Shown: positions 39,401 through 51,400 of the stretch, in pieces | Layout: each line of letters begins with the position of its first letter | Position numbering within the stretch: the stretch's first letter is position 1 | The notes under the pieces: generated by a model | The model's input: the letters and a program-made list of their open reading frames with translations, nothing else | Databases searched by the model: none | What the model was told of the DNA's origin: nothing | Origin: Tubulanus polymorphus | Lineage: Eukaryota > Animalia > Nemertea | Direction of reading: 5' to 3' | Assembly: GCF_964204645.1 (NCBI RefSeq) | Contig: NC_134027.1 | Location: 19,430,560 to 19,494,559, forward strand | DNA: 64,000 nucleotides | Program-made: the position numbers and the translations under genes

Positions 39401-42400
39401 AACACTTAATCCGAAAAGCGTGAGTTCGGCTTACGGATAAGAATGTGTTATATACAGGTATTTAGTAAATTACCTGTGCATTTGGTAAAATAGGTATGTA
39501 TTGTAGGACAAATAGAATATTGATATATGGTTGAAGTCCGCGGCTGAATCACTGGTAGTAATAAATTCATTTATTTTGATACCTCGTCAACACTACAGCT
39601 TTTCTCCGCTGCATCTGTTTAGTTTAGGCCTACATCTGGCGCCGGTACTTAAATGATTCATTGTAGTAAATATCCGGCAAATTTGGTAAAGGAAATTAGA
39701 ATATTATTTGACTAACTGTATGAAGCCGGCGGCAAAATCACTGGGAGTAATAAATTTATTTGTACTTGATTTGATTCTCATGGCAAGGAGAACTCGCAGC
39801 GGATCCATGGAATGACGATGTAAAGACACACGATGATTCATCGATCTTTACAGCTTGAGAGTGCGTATAATATTTAGAGTAGTAAATATCCTGTGGATCG
39901 GTGAAGTGTAGCGATCAAGAAAAGAGTTAGGCTAATTGTTAAAATAACTGTTAGAAGACCGCGGCTGAAAGTGAAGTCTTGCAGCAATAAATTTGTTCAT
40001 TTATACTTGAATGGAAGTGACGAGCAGCCTGCGGTGGATTTAGGGATGACGACTCAGAAAAACATGTTGCCTCATTGAATGGGGCTCAATTTTCGATGTT
40101 TACGGTCCGACAGTACTTTTGTAATGTTGATTCATCAAAATTCCCATGCAGTATCTGTAGATCAAAGTGAGCTAAATGGAATAAAACGGATTGTATCGGA
40201 AACAGCGGTAAGGTAAGAAAGCGTTTGCAGTTTTGACGAAGTTGTCAAATAATAATGATAAACACGCAAATATCAATAGGGTTTTCTGTGGTGTAACAGA
40301 AAACCCTAAATATTGTTGCAAAACAGCGATAATGGGTTTTTCTGCACAGCCACACCATGCCACTCTAAATGAAGGGAATTGAAACACACGTATTGCATTG
40401 ACAGAATTCAAACCTTATATACTAAGTTGCGATTCAGCTTTCGTAACGGAACTTAACCGATACGCATAATCAAATTAACAATAATGATACAAGTCAAAGA
40501 CACAAAAATCCTTTAAAAACAGTTCTTATGCGCTCATTGGTATGGTACCGACTTGTAGTTGTGCATCTGCGATTTATTTTTTTGCAAAATCAAAGATGGC
40601 TACCTGATGGCCATTTTGGCATCTATCTATGTAGTGAATTTTGCGTGGGACAACAGGTATGTTGTTGTATTTGGAGGAAATTCATATTGAGCATGGTATG
40701 TAGTTGTGCACTTGTGATTTATTTTATGAAGAAGTTGAAGATGGCTGACTTGTGGCCATTTTAGAATGTATCTATGTACCAGCAGTAGTAAAATAGTATG
40801 CTAAGAAATCCTCTCAGACCTTTCAAACTGTACAGTATTTAATTCTGCCCAGCGTTTGATATGTTAAGCTTTTCTAGCTTTGCTATGTTTATATGGGGTC
40901 CTCGTATGGTCTAGCTCGTGATGCATATCAGATAGAATGCTAAGATATTTAAATCCTTGAAATGACTTTCCTCAGTTATTTCATGCCATGACAGGATTCA
41001 TTTGATTCAACAATGTACTTGACGTCAACATCTTAGGCATTCGTAGCTGTAATAAAAGGCATACTCAAAGCCAGAATGAGCAATCAAAAGGATTGACAAA
41101 CTTATTCGGAGACACCGTGTATTCAAGTATAAGCCAGTGTTGCAAAATCGCAACAGTCATTTCAAAACTAATAACCAGCATGTAGATTTTGACCCCTCCC
41201 TCCCCCTTTACATGCACAAAGAAGGATATTTGAACTGTTGATATTTGATTCCAGATAGAACATAGTGTTTTTAGGATGACGAAGTCGTTAGCACGTGATA
41301 GGATGCCTCCACATATATTTCTTTTTGCGATTTTGGATTGCTGTTAATGAGCCAGCCAACAGCGCTGTGAAGTGACACATAGTTTTGAATCCCATTGAAA
41401 TGGATAGTTCTAAGACCGTTTGGGGCTTACTCATTAATCCGAAGTCCCATTGCTCCGGAAGTCCCAATACTCCGCTGTCCCATTGTGCCGAAGCATCATT
41501 ACCCAAAGTCCTATTATTTCAAGGTCCCAATCCTCTGAAAAAAATGTAGAATATCTCGGCTAAAGTAATGTGGAATTGCAAATTTGAAACTCGAAGTTTT
41601 AAGAAATTTGGGGAATTATGAGATTTGGAGATTGGGTAGATGATACAGGTCTTCGACTCTAGTAGTGGTTTAATTTTTTTTGTCAATAATTGATAACTTA
41701 CGACCAACTTCATTCACTTTTGCCTGTAAGCTGGTCTGCTACTTCATTGCCTCCATCGTTGAGGAAAGAGCATTCTGATGTCTGCTTCATCATGACTTCG
41801 AGCATATCGTGTGGCCTAGCCAGCCGGCCTGGTCCCCGAGCCATGGGTTTGGCTGCCACTCGGTATCCTAGTCTTGAGGCTGGGTTGAAGTAGACATTGT
41901 CATTTAAAATAACTTGTTTATGTTATTCTGTATGAATTACCCGTGTGTCTTGTACGTTGTACTTTCTTGTTTTAAAATTTGTTTTTATTGAATTTGGGAA
42001 TTTTCTCCCAGAATTTCAATGTAATAAGGATCAATAAAGAATTGAATCAAATTTTGACCTACACACATGCCATCAGAGGACGCTGAGCCGTATCTAACAG
42101 CTATGCTATCATAAATTGCTAATCCCATGAAACCTGCATACCCCTAATATCATACATATTTTCTAAAACATTTGAATATTGAAATTATTTGTTTACACAT
42201 TTTCATATTGACCGCTTGTAGCCGCTGATGAAATTCACGCCGGCCCTACACACATCATAGATAGCTTCGTCATTCCACCAGCATCCCCACGTCCACAAGA
42301 TTTTCTTTGCCTTCCTGCATTATGTCTTATGCCTATATCCTTTAACTAGTTAACAATATCTAGTAAATATAATTAATAATTTCTTTGCAGTTTTTTTCTT

Positions 42401-45400
42401 TGTTCATGGAGATGATTTCTGCCATTATTGGTATTTTAATCGAGTGTTTACGATGATAGCAACTTCTATATTCTTAATTCTACCACTGTGTTATGCCAAA
42501 CGGATTGACTTCCTAAAATATGCCAGGTATTTATTAGACATTTCTAATGGTTGTATCTACCGGGTCCAGTTTTGTGGATGAACATCACCTACGTACATCC
42601 CAAAGGCTGATATATAGTATATGCCATTATGCTTCCCACTCCTGGACCCTCACAAGATTCACCATTTCCTGGGAAATTTTTATAAAGTGATTTTTATAAA
42701 ACTAGATCGTGAAAATTTTAAGTGACCATTTTACTGAACCTTTTGTCATTTTTGCATTTCAGTTTCCTGGGAGTTATAGGTATTATTTACATTGTGATTT
42801 TAGTCATCGTGAAATATTTTACAAGTGATATCACTCCAGGAACAATCAAAGAGAAGTAAGCTACAAAACATTCCAATTATTTGAAACTTCTTCAATAGAT
42901 ACAATAAATGCTATGCCATGTATGACACCTTTTTACTACCGAACCTCAGTAACCCTGCAATATCAGAGCTATTTTAGATATTTGTGAAATAGGGTCTTTA
43001 GGCTAAAAAAAATCGATACCTTGTTTCTCATTTCTGCTGAGCTTAAAAGTTGAGCCGGCTGGTTGCCAATTAGTTAACCTATGCTGTGGGTGTTGTTGGT
43101 GTTGGTGAGAGTAATTAAATAATTAGTTAGAAGTTAATATTGGAGGTTACTTTAAGATTAAAAAGATTTATTTGGGGGGCAATTGTCCAGGGGGGCAATC
43201 ATCCTGATACCCTGCCAGAAGAATGTTAAAATCGCAGCTAAAAATTTAGTGGTAAGACTTATGGGGTTGTCTTTTATCATGTAGCACGTAGAATTGCAAT
43301 ATTTTCTGAGAAAAACCCGAAAAACATTGAAAATTCTCCGCTTTTGATAAGTTACTTGCATTGACCTGAACCTGAACTTTTGATGTGAATACAGGAAACC
43401 CTAGGAAATTCCAGGAATTTTGGTGCTTCCCTTACAAAAAAATCACACATGTGATTTTTTAAAAAACACGTGTGATTCACATGTGTAAAAATGGGACATT
43501 ATCACACGTGTGATTTTGTATATGAATCACACGTGTGATTTTGTCCCATTTTTACACATGTGAATCACACATGTGATTCACATTCAAGCTGTATCACACG
43601 TGTGATTTTCTAATCTAATTGTCCCATTTTTACACATGTGAATCACACGTGTGATACAGCCCTGAATGTAAATCACACATGTCACATAACACAGTCATGT
43701 GTGATTTATAACGCATGTGATCTGCAGTCATCCTCTTTGTTCAAGCTCCACACGACTGTATTCAAGAAGAAGTATAAGCTCACATTCATAATGGTCAAAA
43801 TTTGACCACTTCTTTCATTGGACATGATGTTTCATCCATACTTCACTATTTCCTAAAAACTCATTGCCTGAAAGGAGATCCACGTAGTGGCAAAACAAAA
43901 TGAATTTTCAAAATTACCAACCAAATGTAATAACTCACTTGTGTAAGCTTACATGTTAATGGGAATTTTATTTTCAAATATTTACAGATTTACTTCGTCA
44001 ATTTATACTGTTTCAGCATTTGTCCAATCTTCTTTCTAATTTGTGCCGCGGTAACCCCCAATCTACAATTCAGAACATGATCTGGAATGAGACAAAATTA
44101 TAAAACATTTAAATACTACACACAATTCCAAACAATAAATCAATATCCCTAATATCAATCATCTGATGAAAAAAGCCAAAGTTACATTATTATGATAAGT
44201 GAAACCAGACGAAAAATAAACGGCGCTACTTTTACACTAGCTTATAAATTTTTTCAATCAACACTTACCATAACAGGACTCAAAACCTCTTTTTCAGTAA
44301 TTTGTTCCGGCTGAAAGTATATGTTTCATTCTCCATGTAGATAAATTACTACTCGAGGAAATGTATTGACTCCCTAGATTAATAACGGAAAATTCCATTT
44401 TAATTTGTAAATGATTTATTCCAATGTAGAAAGAATTGGCAAATACTGTTCAATACCGGCTGATCATTCAGTTTAGTAATTATACAGTAGGCCTATAGTA
44501 TGCAAACGAGTGTCTTTTTCCTGGACATATCGTGGATTAAAAATAGTTCATGGTGTAATCTAGGCCTACTTGTTAGGCATGGACATGTTGTACTTTGCAT
44601 GCATCAATCATCAACCATCATGCATCAATCATCACGCTTCAAGGTAATGTCTTAATATTTGTGTTACACATGTATCTACCCTAGACACATCTTCAGCCCA
44701 AAAACTGGCCCTGTCAGAATCAAGATGGCCGACTGGCAGCCATTGTTGTTCGCCAAAATCAGTACTTTCTACACATTTTTGAACTTTATGAGGGAAATTT
44801 TGAAGACGCTTTGATCAATTACCTTGATCTTTCGGATTTATGTGAATCCCCTCAGGGCCCATCAACATAACAAAAATTGGGTCGGTTGGACTCAAGATGG
44901 CCGTCCTATGACCTTTTTAGTGCCCAAAAATGTTAATTTTGGCCCGAATTCTGAGTCCTGTAGCTTCCTACTGGTTTGCCATTTCTCATTACAATTTGTG
45001 ATGGGTATTCTTTGGAAAGGGATGTTTTATACCTGAGACATATATTTTTTCATCAGCCAATTATGACGCAATTGGCGGCCATCTTGTTGTCACCAGTACT
45101 CATTCGTAAATGGGAAAAAGTTTTTCCACATTATATTGATACCTAAGCATATTTTGCTACCACAATCAAATAGAAAGTTGTAGCTCATAACGTGTTCTAT
45201 GATTGTGGTGAGTTTCAAGGTAATTGGATTTCGTATATGGCCACCAGGGGGCGTTGAATAATACAATATCTTAGCATTTCTTTATTATATTCGTACCTAT
45301 GCATATTTTGTTACCACAATCAATTGGAAAGTTGTGTAGCTCATGACATCATCTATGATTGTTGCGAGTTTTAAGGACATTTTTCTATATGGTCACCAGG

Positions 45401-48400
45401 GGGCGTTGAATAGTAGAATAACTTAGTATTTCCTTATTATATTGGTACCTAGGCATATTTTGTTACCATGATCAATTGCAAAGTTGTAGTTCATGACATG
45501 TTCTATGATTGCGGTGAGTTTCGAGGTCATTGGGTTTTGAATATGGTCTCCAGGGGGCGTTGAATAGTAGAATGACTTAGTATTTCCATATTAAATTGGT
45601 AACGAGGCATATTTTGTTATCACAATCAATTACAAAATCGTAGCTGCTGACATGTTCTATGATTGTGGTGAGTTTCAAGGTCATTGGTTTTTGTAAATGG
45701 TCACCAGGGGGCGTTAAATGTTGAAATTGTTAGATTGTTGAGCATTTGAAACCACTTCCCAAGTGGGCATGATGTCCCTGGACCCCTAGTTGAATATTTA
45801 TATTTTTTTAGAACTCAACAGCGAATGTAAAAACATATCATAACCTTATTTTATTTATTAAGCCGAATGAAAATACAAACTCAATAGTCCGTGGACATTG
45901 GTACTTGGTTTATTGCGCAGTTATATTCTTATTCCAACATAGATTCTATGACAAAAATGCAGATGTTCAGAATTTGGAACCAACATGGGAATGGTTCATA
46001 TCCGAAACATTCACACTGTGTTGCAGATTGGAATAACTGATGTTAATCACATGTGTTATTCTAATGACATGTGTGATCCTAGCGGTTACACATGCGATCT
46101 GTGTTGTTGAGCCAATAACATGTGTGAATCACACATGTATTTCTCAATCACACATGTATTTCAGAATCACACATGTGATCATGTGTTATTCACACATGTG
46201 ATATGCTCCACAACACAGATCACACATGTGATAGCTGGAATCACATGTGTTTTCTGTGTCTTTCACACCTTTCACACATGTAATGTGTGTTATTCACACA
46301 TATAACATATGTGAATTTTTTGTAAGGGTTCTGATGTAATTATGGGATAGTCACAAAATGGCGAGCAATTCATTTTACATTCGTGCCGTGTTAATTCGTT
46401 TATAGTTCGTTCGTTGAAGTTTTGAACCATTTCCAAACTATAAGATATTTAAGATATTTATATTGTATTTTAAGATCGATTTCTGTGAAATCTTTAGTTG
46501 ATTTGGTTTTTGAGAGGAATGATTTTATTTACACTACAGAAAATATCATTGACACTTATGCATGGATGACCTTGATATGTTCATTAGCCATGTGCGCAAA
46601 CTGCAAATTCAATCAAATTTTAATCCGAAAAATATCAAATCCAATTCAATTTTACTTTATTGAACATATAAAATATTTATTTATTGAGCAAATTTCAGTA
46701 AATCCTATTCAATTCGATTCCGCATTCAGATCAATAAAACCAAGGGAAAAGATTGATCTGAGGTATTTGATCCTGCCAGCTCCCTGTGTAAATTATAGAT
46801 ATTGACTCAAGAGCTGGAAGTGTATTTTGACAAATATAACCCACAGAATACATCATTTGCCATCTTATGAAAGCTGACAGGCTGACCATAGTGTGCCCCT
46901 TGGGGCTCTTGTTATGGTTAGTTATGACCTTTGCACCATGTACATAGTAAAGGTTCATACCTGTGGTTGATAGCAGACAATTGATTTGAACCGCTTTGCA
47001 ATGATTAAGATTACCGACCTTTACCATTCCTCTGTATTAAATACATTCAACAGCAGTCATGGGAATGGGTACATAAAAGGTTACCCTTTATCTAGTGGAT
47101 CCAGAGGTTGAAATTGATAGGTACCTTTCAGGGGCGTAGTCACCTAAAATTCAATGGTGTGACAATCCGGAGCGCACATCCAAACAAGCGCTGAAGGCGC
47201 GATGTCTGGAAGGGGGGTTTTGGGGCCCTCCCCCAAGAAAATTTTGAACATTAAAACGTCTGAGATGCGTTCTGATGGCTATGAGAGCTCATATTTGAAT
47301 AATTTTTCTATAGATAATATAATGCCTGTAAGGTTATCTTTGGTCCAGGGACAAATCCAGATGTTTCACCATCCCAGAGTCCTGCTGAACCGGAAGGGCA
47401 ACTATATCATAGCACAAAATGAGGGACTTTGGGATACTCCCCCCAGAAAATTTGGATTTTTCAAGGCTCTGAGATGCAATCTTTAAGCATATTTCGGGCA
47501 TAAAGTCTATCCCCCTTGAAGTTAATTATGTTCATTTAGATTCATTTAGACCATTTTCTATACTACTTCCAGAATACTTGCCCGGAATAAAACATTCATG
47601 TAAGTAGAAGAGCCTGTCAAAATCACGAACTAGAAAAATAGAAGGGCAAACCTGAGTACCCCTCGATACAAGTGGTAGGCTTGATCTGCCCTTGACCATT
47701 TATTGATGAATAGTAAACTAATGTTAGCTTATTGTAACTCTCGATTTTCTCGGTTTCCATGTTTCGGCACTTGAGCAGAATTTATTTGGTCAAATCCCTT
47801 ATTATGGTCCATTTTTCATGAACAAAAACACCTACAGAATCAGTGAAACATAACCAGAAGAATACCGGTTTGAGTCGCTCTAAGTAATATGAAAAAGTCT
47901 TCTGAATTCGGCAACTTTGATACTGTGAGATCAGGTGCATGGTCCAGATGTGATACCATAAATACTATAAACAAAACTCGCTGGAGTCACTGGGTTGGAT
48001 GTGGCCTACACCGAAAATCTCAAGTGCATTACCAACGCCCCCCCCCATATGAATACAGAATAAGGTTTATTATGACGTTTTAGCATAATGGGTTTTTCAA
48101 TTATTGGTGCGACATATGTCGCAGTTGTCGCACCGGCGGCTACGCCCCTGCCTTTGAACTGCAAAATGTGCTTTGAAGGAACTCATGTTATTTGAAAAGC
48201 ACTGACAGGGTTCTACCGTTACAAAAATTTGATGTACAAATATTAAAAGCTTAAGTGGAATAATTAGAGATATTTTAGCTGAAAAGTGCGGATGAAACTT
48301 TGGAGATCCTCAGAACCCCCTGTGTTCCATCTTAAGCACATGCAGCCAGCAGCAGATTAAGAGAAGAGCATACACCCCCCTAAAAACCTTGCAAATCTCC

Positions 48401-51400
48401 AGATTCTGTGATTCGTTTTGCTAAAGTGAAAGTTGTGAAATTGCAATTCAATTTGTGAGTCGAAAAATACTCCAATCATACCAGCTTCTGGCAACTGCAA
48501 AAAGAATCAAGCTCTACAAAACCTTCCATCTCTCAGCGATGCTTCTCATAAAGACTGGAAGTGAAAAAAATCTTTTGTTCTTTTTTCAGACCAGACAACT
48601 TTGCTGATATATTCATTGTTGTGCCAGTAATTTGCTTTGGATATCAGGTACTGAATATGGCCAACAATAAAAATCAGCATATTTGACGTATAATTTCGAA
48701 CCTATGAAAGCCATGAGAAATCTTCACCTGAAACCTGCATGTGGCTGGTGGTTATTTTTCATTCCCTCATCCACATTGGAGACTGAATCCCAATTTTTGT
48801 TTTGCCTCGAAACCACTGCAAATGTTGAAAGAAATTTCATTGATCATTTTCCACCAAAATATCAATCAGGACATGAAATCCAGGGTTTTTTTATTTTAAA
48901 CTATACAGTAAACCTTGCGCAAGTCGGATCAGCAAAGTCGGATAATCCCTTATATCAGCTGAATATTGATAGTCCCGATTTTTTCCTATATTTCAAAGAA
49001 ATTTATATTCCAAGGTTTGATATTAAAAGTCGGCAACCTACTTATCTGGTAGTACTTTTCTTGATCCCAAATAAACATTTACTTATAGTCACTCATCGAA
49101 AGTCAGAGGGCCCTACTATTTTCTTCCCATTTTTCCCTTTTTTCATGTAGTTTGATTTCTTCTCTGTTTCGACCCCTATTTCTGGCTTTAATTCGACAAT
49201 ACATACCAACAGTCGTTATGTTAGTTGTGGTTAGTGTATTAGATTAGAAAAATAAATTCGAAATATTTCTGTGTTTTTAAATCGTTTCTTGTACCTTAGA
49301 TTTTTATTTAATTTTTCCTGATACAGCAATTAATTTGTTTAAGTCATAGTTTTCAGAAAAAAGTTAGAAATCCGACTTATTTAAGTCGGACTCTTTCTAA
49401 GTCAGAGGATTCTTGGACCCAAACAATCTGACTTATGCATGGTTTACTGTAGCAGCGTGAAAGCTGTACGTTATTTGGGCGGGAACGGTGTGTTAATGGG
49501 TCCTACGGTAGGTCGCAAGGGCAGCTGTTGGTTGTGACCTATGCCTACCTTTTAGCAGTGCTTTACTTTTATGATCCTCACCTAATCTACCAAGGTCCTT
49601 GGAGTGGAAAGAACATTGTTTTATCTATTGATCATACTGATCTGGACCTTTGTCATGCATTGAGTTCAAGTAGGTTCTATATATGAAAAGATTTTCTTAT
49701 AATGTTTTGTTAATTCCAGTGCCATGTTAGTGCAGTCCCTATATACTCATGTCTAAAAAATCGCTCAGTCATCGAATTCTCAAAGACATTGGTATTTGCA
49801 TTGATCATTTGTGCATTAGCGTATTCAGTAACTGCTAGTTTCGGATACTTGACTTTTGGAGATAATGTTGACAGCGATATTCTGGTTTCGTATTATCCTG
49901 ATGCCGCAGTACTTGTCGCTATAGCGATGATGGCTGGAAAGACGTACACTACATTTCCGATTCTTGCTTTTTGTGGAAGGTACTGTTTCAATCATATTTC
50001 TTTTCATCAATATGATAATTCCATATTTTTCACTGAGATAATACCGTAGCATATGCCAAGTATTTAATTCTAGGGTGACCTAGTCCATAAAACTCGATCC
50101 ATATGTTTTTGACCTAGAATTACTACCAAGCTGAAATACTATTGGATATTCAGCAATAGTAACAATATTTGGATTTCGAAAGACAGCAAACCAATGGTTC
50201 TTCTAAAGGATTTCCCACAAATGTTTGTAAACATGGTACTCCCATTTGGATAATTTACAAATGTACCTAAAAATCCTTCTGGAAACTAATCCAAATGAAC
50301 CTACTAGCCTATGAGATATATTGTACCACTGAGGCAATAACAGAAAAGTTAGACGCCCTTCATGACACTGTCAGCTGACATGGAAGGTCAAGATCTTTTA
50401 TAATGGTAGTGTGTTGAAGTGGCTCCTGATCTTGTTGATTAGATAATTAATGCGTATCTGTGTTGATTAATTATATGTCTGTATTTTTTCAGATCAGCTC
50501 TTGACAGCGTTTGGTGCTCAATGTTGAAATTACCTCCTGATGAAATTGCCATGCATGAGAAACGAAGGCGAATTGTTCAAACAACTATTTGGTTTTTGTC
50601 ATCTTTAGCACTCGCGGTATTTATACCAAACATTGGAGTTGTGATATCACTATTAGGCAGTCTAGCGGCACTATTTATATTTCTCTTTCCTGGTAAGTTG
50701 CTAACACTCTACAAGGTAAATTGAAAATCGTCCACAGTCTGTCTCTTCTTGATTTATCTTGTGTGTCTTCAATTTCGTGTTAAGAATGAAATAACTGGAT
50801 CCCGGGCATTTCCGACTTTTGAAACAAAACTAACTGTTCGTAAATTTTTCTAACCCCGGCTCAACTAAAGTTGAAAGGGACTTATAGATTTAGCCACATT
50901 TGAAAAACGCTGCCCGGAAACGCTGCTGCTGCCGCCGCAACTGATGTTAACTGCCTAGAGACTGCAATGGTCGATACATTTTTTTTTTCAAACTTGGTAC
51001 ACAAGTAGGGCATCGTTTGGGGCAGAATTTTATTTAAAATTAGGTCGATTTGATTCTAATTATGGCCACTAGGGGCTGACATGAATAACATCCTATGGGC
51101 CACAAGTGTCGACTGATTTTTTCAAGCTTGGTTCACTAAATGGCATTACTTGAAGCAGAAAACTGTTTAGAATTTAGTTGATGCGATTCAAATTACGGCC
51201 ACCAGGGCACAAATTGAACAAGAAAATTAATTTTAGAAAATTATTTGACGCCTGCGAAAAAAATGTAGAATTTCTGGGCTAAGCTAATGTGGAATTGCAA
51301 ATTTGAAATCGAAGTTTTAATAAATTTGGGGAATGATGAGATTTGGCGATTGGGTAGATGATACAGCTCTTCGACTCTAGTAGTGGTTTAAATTTTTTTA

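Noticed and set aside
42220-42290. Hammerhead ribozyme (CTGATGA core, also near 51971)
   Set aside because: No stem II followed by GAAA and no closing stems.
48683-49150. 155-aa ORF in an SLC38A7 intron
   Set aside because: Spans an intron/MITE junction and has no recognisable motifs.
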